From Marsupella aquatica (lineage: Eukaryota; Plantae; Marchantiophyta): DNA of 64,000 nt. The notes under the pieces were generated by a model. That model searched no databases, was not told where the DNA came from, and worked only from the letters and a program-made list of their open reading frames with translations. Location: contig OZ316899.1 in NCBI GenBank assembly GCA_973895155.1, positions 13,767,934 to 13,831,933 on the forward strand, read 5' to 3'. Position 1 is the first letter of the stretch. Every line of letters begins with the position of its first letter. This document shows positions 1 to 13,600 of this stretch, piece by piece. The position numbers were made by a program, and so were the translations under genes.

Positions 1-977
1 GAGTCTGCATAGCCGTAAAGCATGCATCCTCTTCCCGTGCAAAGTGTAATTGCACCTCCTTGGGGAGGGTCGCTGCCCAGCCTTTCTAGGTGTCATCTCT
101 TGTTGGAACGACATTGATGGGGTCAACCTCCTCCTCTTTGGCTTTCGCCTGCCTCCTGCTTCCCTGCTCTGCTGGTTTCCTGGCTGCCGCCGACCTCATT
201 CTTTTTGCAGGGGTGGCTTCTTCGTTGTTGTTCCCTTTCCTCTTCATAGCGGCTGCCATGGATGTTTCTCCTAGCATGGTTGCCTTCATCCACCCCTCTG
301 TGCTACCCTTCAACTCCCAGTGTATGTCGTTGCAGCGGTTGATGGCCTCCTGGATGCCGACTGTTCTGTTCTCACAAAACAGAAGATCGTCGAGTTCATC
401 GATAGTAGGCGTCCACAAGAGTTCAGCCGTAATGAGTTCTCCTCCTAAGAAGGCAGACTTCTGTAGTTCCCACAGCCGAGCGAGCTCCTGCCGTTCTTGA
501 GCCGCTCTCTCCGATTCTTCGTCCTCGTAGGTCCCAATGTACTCAGTTGCCCGTTCTAATAGGCATCCCCAAAAATGAGCAGCTTGATTAACGTTGCTCA
601 TACCCTTCTTGAGTTGATTGTCGGTATCTGCTTCCACCCCAAATGCTTGCCTGAGCAGCGAACAGTAGTTGGCCTCCCGTAGTCGTTCGCTTGGCTCGTG
701 CTTGCAAATGAGCCGCCATTCCTTGCGCTCGGTCCTTACCCCCCCTTGGCTGGTCTTCCTTCCCGTTGGTTACTCATAGCCGCCGGTACTTAGCGCGCCC
801 TAACCCTAATCGTGTTCCCTCCCCCGGCATCCTTACTTTCAGCCTTGGCTCGGGTTCCATAGTCACCCTTAATTGTTTATATTTCCCTATTTTTGTTACT
901 ATACTAAGGTGTTTCCTAGGGTACACTCCTGATTTTACTATTTAAACTGACCTAATGATTCCTGGCTAGGCATCACA
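1..977 (-). mobile_element. Partial giant LTR of a sister subfamily (A') of Gypsy A, with a decayed copy of the LTR-borne ORF (86-637)
   Basis: Ends ...CTAGGCATCACA at 977 exactly like the family-A LTR terminus (15288, 26178). ORF 86-637 (GMSNVNQAAHFWGCL..ERATEYI) aligns with the 551-aa LTR ORF but is clearly more diverged than A's two LTRs are from each other. Confidence 0.88.
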
Positions 978-2770
978 CATTGCCGCCAGGACGCCCGACC
1001 ACCTGAAATGCAAGAATACAACTCGGACCACGCAGAACACACCATCCGACACCATCAACAAACAACAAAGAACTCTACGACTACGAAGAACCAGTTCACC
1101 AGACTGGACAGTCATAAAAGATACACCTAGTAAAACAAAAAGAAGAACACTTACTGTTACAAACTGACCAAGATAAGGGCAATAGGCCAAACTATCAAAT
1201 GGGTGATGGTAACACTCTTTCCCCCCACAAAGGCGGAGGGGGGGTTTTAATGAGGTTACATCCCCATTTAAATAGACACAATAGCTTAGGCCTCAATATA
1301 AAACAGAGTAGACACAAGTGGGAGTATCATTTACCCAGAAATGTTACCCCCAAGGGGGAGTGTTATAACCCTAGTTAGACCTAGTATAACCCAGGGTTAT
1401 GTCTACTCTACCAGGGGCAGGAATAATTGCCTAACTACCAAGTCCTTAGGGACACACTATGTAACACCTCGGAGATGGAATGGAAGGATTGATTCTATGG
1501 AGAACACAACAGTTGTAGAATAAATAATCAAGATTCTTTGTACAAATCTTGAGATATGTAGCTCTAGGTATTTAGCCTAAGGTTGTTAAGAAAGATTCTT
1601 GACCTTAGATGTACTATGGCAATTGAGTGGCTTTGATTGGATTTGAGTGGAGGTCATAGGGCACCAACCATATAAATAAGAGGGAGTGGAGGCTCACTTC
1701 CTCACTTGCTCATTAGTTGCTCACTTGCTTGGAGGGGCGCCACTGGTTGGGACTCAAGGAAGGAGGAGTGGGGATTAGTGAGGAGTCAGAGTGTGTGGCA
1801 CCTTGGGAGTTAGGAGCTAGTGTTCATGAAAGACTCTAGTATTGAAGACCTTGGGTGGAGCCCAAGCTTGTACTAAGTTTACTTGATATAAACCTATGTG
1901 TCTTCTTTCCTTGGACACTCTTATTCTAACTTGTGAAGGGAGTGTGATACTTTCTTTCGACGGTTTTATGACATGTTTTTGACGGTTTTCTTTTGACATT
2001 TTTGTGACATCTTTTATAAGGAGTACTTTGGTGATAGAGTTTTGCTTACCAAACAACGTTGGAGTACATCACCAAGATTTCTTGGACAAGAAATGATGTG
2101 ATTGTATGCTCGGTGGTTGTTTGGCCAAGCACTAGAACACTAAGTGGAAACTTTATTTTTGTTTGAGGTTTTGAAGCCAAACTTTGGTGATCGAGTGTTG
2201 GTTGATCAAGAAGGCTCTGGGGTGTAGTATGAGCAAGGATTCCTATGGTGAGTCTTGACATGACTATATTGGCAAGATGCAATTCATTGATCGCTAGCGA
2301 ATCAAAGTGGCACTTCCATTTTTTGTGGTTAGACAATTAGAAGTTATATAGGCTGACTTGTTGGATGGTAGCCTGACATAACAATCCACGGTGGTGACAG
2401 CCCGTGGTGGTTCTGACATTGGTTGGTGCAGGGTGACCAGTTATAGAGGTTAGAAGTCTCCTTGATGGATTTCTCTTCTGACGACAGAAGTAAAATCATC
2501 TAGTGCAAGTTTGGATTTGATATAAGATTACTAATGTGGTGGCAGCCAATAATAGTCTTGTAATTGTTTGGAATAGTAAAATCTGTGGTATGTGTGTGAG
2601 GATTTAGTTTTCCTAAGATAGATGTGTTGTGAGTACTAATTTCCAAGATTACATCCCTCCTGAGAACCCGAAATGATAAGGGATTGTGTTTTGAGAGTAA
2701 AATGAATTACGTATGTGTTAAGTCCCAAAGCTGAGGTCTGACATAGTGTCAAACTCAACCTACTATTTTT

Positions 2771-2788
2771 TGGCGCCGCTACCGGGGA
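2771..2788 (+). promoter_or_regulatory. Athila-type primer binding site (tRNA-Asp-like), marking the 3' end of an upstream degenerate LTR
   Basis: TGGCGCCGCTACCGGGGA after a T-run, versus the canonical Athila PBS TGGCGCCGTTGCCGGGGA. Second copy at 50477-50494. Confidence 0.7.
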
Positions 2789-3892
2789 ATCAAACTAGTT
2801 TTTTGCAGACAACTAGTGGAGCCATGTACTTGGAAATAATTTTTAGAAGAAAGAAAAAAGAAAACAGAGTTTAGTGATATTGTGTATGTAAAATGGAGTT
2901 TCATTATATAGTACCTAAGTGTTTAGTTTGTGGAAGTATGGAACCTTAGTAGTCTTTAGAAGAAAACTAGTAAGAGATTATAAGTATGATAGTAAGGTTG
3001 AGAGGATTGATGTGCATGTGTGTCTAAGTAATATTATAGTTTATCTCTCACACCAAAGGAAAAGTTTTAAGTTGCATGTCTTAAGAATGCCTGGGTGTAG
3101 AATGCAAATACTGGAATTGAATTAAAAAGGAGACAATGGATTTAAATCAACCACCCACAGTCATATGTGCGCTGCGTTCAAACCTAACCCTTAAGATTAT
3201 GGTATGAAAAAAGTAGATCATCATGAAATGCTTACAGTGAGAAAGTTTGGAGAGGATGGATACAATGCTATCATTGCTTCCAAGGAGCCCTTAATCCTCC
3301 TAGGATTTCCACAAAATATTACATGTATCTGTATTTTTGTGTAAAAATAATAATGACAGTACTTAAGATAGAATTTTGTAATTTAGAGTAGTTGGTCAAT
3401 TGAAGTCATCATGAGTTGCAAACTACCAGGGGTATTTTAGTGACAAGACGGAGCAACACAAGAATATGTAGTGTTGATTTAAGAACTAACTCTTTAGCTG
3501 TCTGCTAATTATTGATAACAAGATACTTGGCATTGTTAGCATGAGATAGTGCAAAGTAGGCCAAACCTTATTGCATTAAGGATCCCAATTGTAAATCATT
3601 GTTAGCCTGTAGAGACTAACTAAGGAGCATGCAAGATGATTGGAGGTTTAGACGTATGGATTGGAGATATAGAGGTTCAGCTAGTTTAGAAACTGTAGTA
3701 GCTTATCCATGGTTGGAAATAGTTGTGTTGAGTGGAAATCAATTGTTTGTGATACAATTCATTTATGGACGACATGGAGTAGTGGTATGGTCATCCGGGT
3801 GGATTGATTTGTATCAACCAAGAAGGTTGTAATTAGAGTAATAGTGAAGTGATGGCTGATTACTAGCTAGGGCATGCCGCGAACAACACCCA

Positions 3893-4710
3893 TTCCATTG
3901 GTGTTGCACTACCTCTTGGAGGAACAAAACAAATGGCTCCATTTGCCTTTGGAACATAAGATATTCGTCCATGATGGTGCTTTTGGTAAATCACTCCAAT
4001 GTTGTATGACTTGGGAGTGATTTCCCCAAGGTTGCATCATCTAAGTAATTTCAAAAACATGGCTCCAAAGTGCTCATGGTGCAACTAGTGGTTGGAGAAT
4101 AGTAAGTATAATGGGTATAGTACCCTGCACGTAGTGGAGAGGTTGCCACCTTCATGTAGGGCCCAATGGCACACCTTAAGCTCCTAGACCCAAAAAGGGT
4201 CATTTATGATGGTCCATAATGACACCATGAGGGACCTCTATAATGACCCCATATGTAGTCATTTGGCACAAATGACCTCCAAAATGACTGCCAAAATGAC
4301 CCTTATTGTAGTCTTTGGCATTAATGACACTCTATTCCTCCAAAATGACCCAATGAAGATTACAACACCTACTCACAATGCCCCAACACTATTCATATGC
4401 AAAATGGAGTATTCCTCATCCAAACACCGGCACAAACATGACATGTTCCTAAAACGTATGACAACCTTCCATTGGTGTTGGGCGACTTCCTGGAGAGACA
4501 AAAATGGCGTTATTTGCCTTTGGAACCGATGGTTTGCATCCATGGAGACACTTTTGGCAAATCACTCCAAAGTCGTATGACTTGGGAGTGATTTCACCAA
4601 AGGTGCATCATGCCTTAAGTAAACGCAAAAACATGTGTCCAAAGTGTTTATGCCACAACTAGTGGTTGGACAATGATGAGTGTAGTGTCCTGCACCTAGT
4701 GGAGAGTTTC
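3893..4710. repeat. Two diverged ~240-bp direct repeats (~3893-4140 and ~4468-4710), each containing a ~36-bp palindrome
   Basis: Both start TTCCATTGGTGTTG and contain AAATCACTCCAA..ATGACTTGGGAGTGATTT and CAACTAGTGGTTGGA. Confidence 0.75.
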
Positions 4711-5573
4711 TCACCTCTACTCACTTTATCTTTTCTGAGACTACTCTTTTGGATATTTGAGATTTGAAAAGTTATACCCCTTTAGTTTCCTTTGTTAGAA
4801 GTTTACACCTATAAGACCCCTCAGTTTATCCATCTGTGGGGGGATACACACACTTTATTTAGAAAGATATTTTGAATAAGTGTTCCACCTTCCATTCTAA
4901 CAAGGATGTCTTGTATGGAAGTAAAACATGTGAATGAATTCAGGAGATTCCTTATGGTGATTGAATCACAACTTTTTAAGATTCTTATTGAATTCACTGC
5001 TAAGCTTGCTTGTTGTGTCAAGATTCATTAGTTAATTTGAGAATGGATGTTTGAATTGAAGGAGCAAAATTCCATCTTGAGTATCATAGTACCGTTGATT
5101 TACTTTGGCATATGTATTAGAGTTTGATTTGAATTGCGTATCGCTGATAATCAAACCATGTTGACGGCATTTTCATACATCTCAGTAAATCAGCCAAAAA
5201 TGTACTGTGGATTTGGTGAGCAAGAGAATCCTTTTATTTTTCAACTTTATGATTCCAAAAGAAAAGAGAGAAATTGATTTGGAAGGTTGAATTTTGTCTA
5301 TATTGAGTCCATAGTCCTTTATGAAGGAGTGGCAGTAGCATGTTAAAACCAATCTAATCATAGATTTCTTCTTCCTTTTGGATTTATAACTCAAGAGTTA
5401 TCTTTTCCTTGTGTTTTGTTAATTTTAGTATTTGTCTGAGATTGAAAGTTTTAGAGCAAGAGCTCTTAACCATCCAAATTCGTTAAATCATTCAATCTAC
5501 TTCCAATCTGTTCTTGAAGGGACCGAATTCCAAGTTTATAAAGATAAATTACTACTTTTTGTTCTTCCTATCA

Positions 5574-7237
5574 TACAATAGTCTATGCCGGATAACTGGA
5601 ACAATGCCTTCCAAAAGTGGCCCATGAACTTGGTGTCGCGGTCGGATAGGATATGCAACGGCAATCCCCGTTGTTGGAAGACATTGTCAAACATTAGGCC
5701 AACAACCTTTCGGCCCAAAACCATTTTTGTAGTCAGCAAAAAATACGCCTTCTAGGAAAAACTATCCACAATTGTTAAGATGGAGTTACTATCGTGGGAC
5801 TCAGGTAACCCCACAATGAAGTCCATGGAGATGGTCTCCCACGGAGCCATGGCTACTGGTAAGGGTTGTAGAAGTCCTCCTTTTGCCCTATAGACCGTTC
5901 GATTCTTTTGGCATGAGTAACAACTTTGCACGCGGCAAAGAACCAACTGCTTTATGTCTTGACACATGCTGCAATACGTAGCAGCTTGTCCGCCATGCCC
6001 ACCCCAGGCGAGTCATGGTACTTTTGCAGAACCTCCAATCTTAGAGACTTTGGGATGTACACATGCCTCTGCTTGTATCGCCATAATTAGACATTATGCA
6101 TGGTATACAACCCCAATAAAACATGCCTTACCTTGCCTTGGCTATCCCCATTGCTTTGCCACTCCTTGGCTAACCTATCATCCCCATATGCCTTGGCCAA
6201 AACCTTTTGCCACTTGGATTTGAGCATCGTGATCCCATTGACACAAGGATGGTTCCTACGTGATAACGCGTCAGCTGCCGTGTTTGTCTTCCTAGAAACG
6301 TGACGGACTTTGAAATCAAATCCGCCAAGAATATCTACCAGCGCATTTTGTTGGGGTTTAGCCTTGGCTTAGAACTGAAGTATGTTGTCGGCGAGGTATA
6401 TGTGTGTATTACCACCTTGGGACCGTTCTAAGGTAAATCTCCCACTTCTTCAATGTGTAGATCACAACATACATTTCCCTCTCCGGGGTGATCCAATGAT
6501 TTTCCAACTTACATGACTCAAAGGCCACTGGACGCCCGTCTTGGTGTAGACAAGCGCCAATGGTGTAATCAATTGCGTCTATCCAAATCTTGAACGGCTT
6601 CCCCGTCTTAGGTAACTTTAGAACTGGTGGCGTTATCATTAGCCGCTTGAGTTCTAGGAATGCTAACTCGCAATCTTGTGTCCACACAAACACTTTGTTT
6701 TTCATTGTTAGCGCATTTACAGGCCTCGCAATCCTTGCATAGTCTTTCATGTATCTCCGATAGAACCCCGTAAATCGTAAGAAGGCTCTAACTTGGCTTA
6801 CATTAATTGGATGGGCATTCCCATTCTTTGATCTCCTTAAGCTTATCCTTAATCTTGAGAAATCCCCTCCGTGGTAAAGGTATGGCCAAGGAACTGAATC
6901 TCGTTCATCGCAAACTTGCACTTGCTAGGTTTAGCAAAGAGACAAGCCTTACAAAGGCAAGAGAATATTTCTCTGAGCAATTGCTTGTGTTCCTCCAACG
7001 TTTTCAAGTACATAAGGATGTCATCAATAAAAACTACCACTCCTTGGTCCAACAAGTCATGAAAGATGGTATTCATCATTTTCATGAATGCTGCGGTTGC
7101 ATTACACAACCTGAACGACATATTAACCAAAAATTTGTAGGATCCAAACCTTGTGTGCATTGTGGTCTTATACTCATCTCCCTTAGCCATGCGGATTTGG
7201 TAATACCCAGACCGCAAGTCCACCTTTGAAAACTTCT
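5574..7237 (-). pseudogene. Chromovirus-like Ty3/Gypsy pol fragment (RT C-half, RNase H, integrase core) of element C, frameshifted
   Basis: FSKVDLRSGYYQIRM, VVVFIDDIL, VRAFLRFTGFYRRY, DAIDYTIGACL, GLLQPLPV..PWETISMDFIVGLP, ILSDRDTKF. Confidence 0.92.
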
Positions 7238-7599
7238 TGTTGGGATATGATCTAGACCAAACAAGATAGCATCAACACATGTGAACAACATCCATAGACT
7301 CTGACACTAAAAGTACGTGGTTCACCCTGTCTGCTACGTCCATGGCCGTGAGAGAAATGCAGTAATACACACCGATTACATCTGCCATAGCCAACGTGCT
7401 AGAGCTCCTCCTCTCATTCTCTCACTCTATCTCTTGAAGAGTGAACCTTCAAATATGAGCACAAGTTTTTGTTCCCCTTGGGTATACCCCCTCCCATGGT
7501 CTATGGGAACCTGGAACTCAAACTAGTGCTATCCTAGTATAGTGAAGTCTAGCTAGTACTATGGAAGTATATAGGTTATACTAGAGGCATAACCTAACA
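7238..7599 (-). mobile_element. 3' LTR (362 bp) of the Copia element
   Basis: TGTTGGG...CCTAACA termini. PPT (AAGGGGGAGTT on minus) at 7600-7610. Flank CTTCT (7233-7237) matches CTTCT at 62377-62381. Confidence 0.9.
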
Positions 7600-7949
7600 A
7601 ACTCCCCCTTGACTCTAGTCCTTAGCTAACTACCTGGTAGTGTTACTTCTAACTATCCGTATGAATCTCCTCGGGAAGTTCTAGAAGGTAAAACCAATGA
7701 GTTTTCCCTCTATACCCGAGAGCTAACTAGAACTAAGCCGTAGTTGACAAAGTATCAGATAGAGCAGACATACTTAGAAATAAACTACCTACCTAGTACT
7801 AGCTCTTGTTACCCATATGTATCTCCTTGGGAAATTCTAAACAGAAAACCTATGTTTCCCCCTTCTCCATGAGGGTTAACTGGAATTAGACCATAGCCGG
7901 TACATACCGGATAGAGAATACGTATGCAAGAAAACTAACACTAAGCATC

Positions 7950-10620
7950 CTTGTGCAAAATTTGAAGCCTTGCACAATGCTCCGTGAAACTAGCCAAAGG
8001 AATGACTTTGGTTAATTAACATATCAGCAGGATTGAGTTTTCCATCAATCTTGATTAACTCAATCTCTTTCTCAGCAACAACTTGCCTGAGAAAATGATA
8101 CCTGATATCAATGTGCTTTACCTTGCCATGCGTCACTTGGTTTGCCGCAATATGTATAGCACTATTGCTATCACAATGAAGATCCTCCAACTTACACATC
8201 CTCCTGCCAACATGAAAGAATACCCTGTTGTAGACTTTTGCTGATCCAAATCACCACCGTAGTCTGAATCCACATATCCAACAACGCATTGTTTGAATGT
8301 GCATCAAACAACAAACCAGATGTGCCGTGTAAGTACCTTAGAATCCATTTGACTGTTTTCCAATATACCTTCCCTGGGTTAACCATGTACCTACTCACCA
8401 CACCCACAGCACGCGTTATGTCTGGTCGAGTACTAACCATAAGGTACATCAAACTACCCACTGCACTGTCGTAAGGAATCTTAGACATCAACCCCTTTTC
8501 AATTGCATCTGTGGGACAAGATGGGGCCAAAAGCTTGAAATGTGTTGCCAGAGGAGTAGTTACATCCTTAGCACTTGCCATGTTGAACTTGCAAGTACCT
8601 TCTTTGTATACTTACTCTATGTCAGCCACAATTTTCCCTTTTTCCTGTCTCTATGAATCTCCATCTCAAGTATGCATCTTGTTGATCCTAAATCCTTCAT
8701 ACTAAACTCTGAGCTCTTGAACTGAGTCTTGAGTTTAATAATCTCTGCCATATCATCCACATAAAGGACCAGAACAATGAAACCAAACATTGCATTGCTC
8801 ACCTTCTTCATGTAGACACAACAGTCATATTCAATCTGAACAAAACCCAGTAACAACATAAAGGTATAAAACCTCTTGTTCCACTGCCTTGGACTTTGTT
8901 TCAGACCATAAAGCGACTTCAACAGCTTACACATCAAGTGCTCCCTACCCTTAGCCACAAATCCTTGTGGCCGCCTCATGAATATCAATTCATCTAGTAG
9001 TCCATACAAAAAAGCTGTGACTACATCCATATGCTCCATGCACAGATCAAACAGAGCAACCAATGCCATAATCAAGCGCAAAGTAGCCATCGCTACTACT
9101 GGTGAGAAGACCTCATTATAGTCCACACTCTTCCTTTGGGTGAATCCCTTGGCCACAAGCCTGGCCTTGTAGATCTTCTCTGCATGTTCAAAAGCGTCAT
9201 CCTTCTTCTTGAACACCCACTTGTTGTCAATGACCTGTTTACCTTCAGGAAGCTTAGCCAACTCCCAAGTCTTGTTCTTATGCAGTGATTGCATCTCTAT
9301 TTGCATGGCAACACTCCATTGTGCTTTATCCATAAAAGACATGGCTTCACCATATGGAAATGGATCACCATCTTCTGTAAGCATAATGGCTCCAGAATCA
9401 TCAATATCATCATCACTCTCCAACTGGTATGAGGAAAACCATGTACCATACCTTTTTGGAGCTTGAACTGGCCGTGAAGATGACCGCCTAGATGACTCAC
9501 CCACACTAGGAGCAACTGATTCTCCACTCACTATAGCTGCTGGTACTGGAGCCAATGGTACCGTCGGCACTGGTGTTGGTCCATGAGCATACTCATGCTC
9601 AATCTCCCCCTCAATCGTGTCAGCATCAGGAGTATGTGGCATTTCTTCCCCCTCCTTCAATGATGGACCTTCATTGAAGGAAACATCCCTGCTGACTACC
9701 AACTTTTGCGCCTCTGGGTTCCAAAAGACAATACCCTTTTACTCCCTTCTGGTAGCCAAGAAACACACATTTCATAGACTTTGGGTCAAGCTTATTTTGT
9801 GAAACTGGAGGCAACAACGCATATGCCTCACATCCAAACACACGCAACCTCGTGTAATCTGCAGGTCTCTTGTGCCATATCTCAAACGAAGTCTTAAGAC
9901 CAATACTACTAACTGGAGACAATGTTAGCAGGTAAGTTACTGTGTTGATAGCTTCAGCCCAAAAGATCTTTGATAGATTTGCTTGGCTCAAGATACTTCT
10001 GTACCTCTCCAATAGTGTCATGTTCAGCCTCTCAGAAACACCATTCTGTTGAAGAGTATATACATTGGTCAAATGTTGGGTAATGCCTTCACGCTCTAAA
10101 TAGAGATGAAACTCATTAGAGATATACTCACCTCCATTGTCTGAACAAAGAAATTTCACCTTCTTCCCTGTTTGTGTCTTAACCTGCATCTTCCACTTCT
10201 TGAAGATTGAGAACACCTCAGACTTCTCACGCATAAAGTACACCCAAATCATCCTTGAATAATCATCAATAAAATACTTAATACTTCATAATACGTAATA
10301 CTTCATTCATGACATTGAGAGCTCAGGTGATTCCCACACATAAGAATGAATGTAATCCAAAATATCTTTAGAGGTATGATTGGTTGCTGATAAACTTACA
10401 CGATGCTGCTTACCAAGGACACAATGTTGACAAAACCCCAACTTGCATGATTTTGCGCCTGGCAAGAGATTCTATTTGCACAACACAGTCAGCCCTTTCT
10501 CACTCATGTGACCCAACCGTGCATGCCACAATCATGTCTGATCCACCTCTGATGAAATTGAATTGGCACTACCAAGAATTGTGGTGCCTACTAGGATATA
10601 TACTTAGATTACCCTGCTTC
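7950..10620 (-). pseudogene. Ty1/Copia (Tnt1/Tork-like) pol: GAG-pre-integrase, integrase, RT, RNase H; frameshifted
   Basis: SDNGGEY..QQNGVSER, FWAEA, KLDPKSMKCVFLGY, KARLVAKGFTQ, KSLYGLKQSPRQW, LYVDDM, CDSNSAI..KHIDIRYHF. Confidence 0.96.
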
Positions 10621-10625
10621 CTACC

Positions 10626-13600
10626 TGTGGTGCGTCCCATGGCTCCCTAAACCCAAGAAACCCCCCAGCTCAAGCCGATTCCTGCAGGTTTCGCGCTTGG
10701 CGAGGCCGTTTCCGTGGCTTAGCGGCATGGGACGCTGCTAACCTTCTACTACTACTATTAACATTTTACACACATATACTGGACAGATCCTTCATCGGGT
10801 CATGAGATACGTAGCCGGCCTAATCTAGGCCTTCCCCTGTCTTCCCCTCCGTCTTGTTAGGTATGTTTGGATTCCGCCGCCGGAATGATCCCCAATAGGC
10901 TTGGTTAAGCCGCTAAGACCTCTCTCAGCTCGACACATCCAACTCTCACTCCCCTGCTTACTTTCCTTCCTTTTGGTTGATGTGGGCACTCTTCACACAA
11001 GTTAATGCGACACACAAATAGCAAAATGACTCATTCTGACTGAGTCATACCATGCACTTGCCATACAAACAGTACATCTCATACACAAGCTCTGCGAACT
11101 AAGCCGTGAGGCCAACTCTATTCAGCTCTTAGGCATGAGGAAACATGAATATACACAAGGGTCACTGTATGACTAACCGAGAGCTTCTCGTACTACTTGA
11201 TCCCAGCCCGGCTGGTGCAAACTAAAAACTTGCTAAAGAAGAGGCCCTGAGCTCCCCGCTACCCAGGTACTTATCCTGGTAGTGGATCCACCATTCTTTG
11301 CATCGTAAGCCTAATCTACTTAACAGTAATCTACTTGACCGAATCTACCTATGTACAGCAAGGCAGGAGCACAAGTGTTGCTCCTACCAGTGGGACCGCA
11401 ATCCCACTAAGCTAAGTGTCAGGGCCGCTCCTGGTCCTGATCCTAATCCTAAACTTGGAGATCCGCGCCCGCCCTACCCACTCACGCCTCCTCCCTCCAC
11501 GTCCGCCCTCCCTAAAAGGAACGGCGCCCTTGCACCGTCACGACACCGGTGGTGGATCCTTAATGGACGCCCCCAACGCTTCCTCCTCAGCCACTGCCGT
11601 AGGTTCATTTTCTGACAGATTACCTGCCCTTGACTGAGTCAACTCTCCATCGGCCTGACTGGGTCCACCATCGGCGTCGGCATCGGCTCGGGAATCGGTT
11701 ACGGCCTCAGCCTCGGCTACGGTCTCCCCGGCCTGCTCAAGAGGCGGATCTGGAATACCGGCCTCATTACTGAGTAGTTCGGCTTGGGCCGCACCACCGC
11801 CACCTGGGATGATAGCGGGATCTATTGCCGTATTCATGCCGGAGGATGGTGCTGGTTCTACCTCCTTGGTCACCACGGCTTGTGGAGTCGGATTACTCCT
11901 TGACCCTGAAGGTTTCCGCTTTTTCTTCTTTTCTGGTTCGGCAGCTGGTCCCTTCCCCTTCCCACTTACTTCCGGTACTGGTGCAGGTGGCGCGGCTTTT
12001 TCTTCGGCCAGTACCACTCCTGGTAACTTGGTTGCCCCAATTGGAGTTGGGCCTGATGAAGACAAGCACTTAAATACTGCGGCTTGTTTCTTCAGCCGCT
12101 CCGTTTGGTTGTCGGCCCGCCGCTGGAGGTTCTCCATCTTCCTCGTGATTTCCTCCAACTCCTCCTGGGTCTCATCCAGGTCCTTGCGTGCCTCCTCTAG
12201 TTCCTTCTGGGCTTCCTCCCGTTCTTGTTTCAAGGTAGTCCTCTCCTCCCGGGTTGCTCTTAGCTCCTTGTCGAGCTCTGCAATGATGACAGACTCCATC
12301 TGGTTCATCTTGGCGTAAGTCTGTTTGAGCATCTCGTCCTTCTCCCTTAGGTCGGCCTTGAAGCTGGCCGTCAGGGACGCAAGCTCCTGCTGCAGCGCCA
12401 TAATCCCTTGATAGGATTTCCCTAACTCGGCCTCCTTCTGCTCAAGGGCTCCGCGGATTTTCTCGAGCTCCCCCTTCAATGCCCATTCCTTTCTTTGGGT
12501 CTCCGCCATGGCCCGGCTGTTGGCTGTTATGTGGGCCTCCTCTGTATTCTTCAGCTCTTGCTTCCACTTCTCCCTCTCTTTGATCGTGTCGGCCAACTCT
12601 CCCTACGTCTGAGTCAGTTTTTCCTTGATATTCTGATTATCAACCTGCGCGGTGTCCAACTGCCCCTGCATGATGTTCAGCTCATGCCGTTTAATCCGCA
12701 GTTCATCTTGGGCTTTCTTGGCCGCCCTTAGATCTTCAATCTCGGCTTCCATCCTCCTAAGCCACCGAATGACCTCGTCCTTCTTGCTTCTCTCTAAAGC
12801 CACCGCTTCTTCTAATTGGTGCTTCTCCAACTGCTCCCTATAGAAAAAGGGTCCTACCTCCAACTCCTCTCCAAAGATGCCGAGCGCAAGTTCCCCACAC
12901 ATCTCACCATACTCCATGGCTCTATTCTTAGCATAGGTGGAGTAAGTAGAAGTGATCGGCATCGCCCATCGCGGCCTCTGCTCCCAAGCCGTCCTGCGGA
13001 TCTCTTCAATCGTGGCTAGAGGTTTTCTTCCTTTTTCGGCTAGCCGCCTGATGTCCTCCGGCCAATCTCCTCCTGGTAAATCCTTTTCCCTAGCCAGGGC
13101 TGCCTCCTCTTCCTGCCTGATTCGCTCCTGAAATTCCTGCACCGTCTGTTTTATGCCGTCAAAGCTCGGGGGAGCAACATCTGGTGGGGGAGACTCAGGG
13201 CTACTCTGCTGGTTGGGGTCCCCTCGCACTACCCTTGGAAGTGTGGGGACAAACCGGCCACAGGTCCTTACTCCTGGAACGTGATGGTCCGACCCATAGC
13301 CGGAATTATCATGGCTGCAGTCCTCCACTGCCTCCTCTACTTCTTGGACGTCCGGCTTCTCCCTCTCCTCTTCGTCGGTAGGAGCTTCAGGCAATTCTGC
13401 CTCAGATTCGGAGCTTGAGATTCCCACATACATTCGAACACCTGGCTTGGATTCCGGCCTGATTCTCTCCTTGTCTCCAGCAAAGGGGTTTTCTCTTGTG
13501 AGCCGGTGTAGGCCTACCTATGTAGTAGTGTCCTGCATTGTTGCCGTTGCCGTTGTTGTTGCCGATGCCGATTTCTTTTCTTTCTCCAGTAGTTTCAGCA

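Larger units (their letters stand above)
978..5573 (+). mobile_element. Degenerate non-coding LTR-retrotransposon sequence (Athila-like LTR and internal remnants); internal boundaries uncertain
   Basis: No credible ORF. TATA-like CATATAAATA near 1669 and PBS at 2771. Ends ...TTCTTCCTATCA at 5573, where it abruptly cuts a Gypsy integrase frame. Confidence 0.5.
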
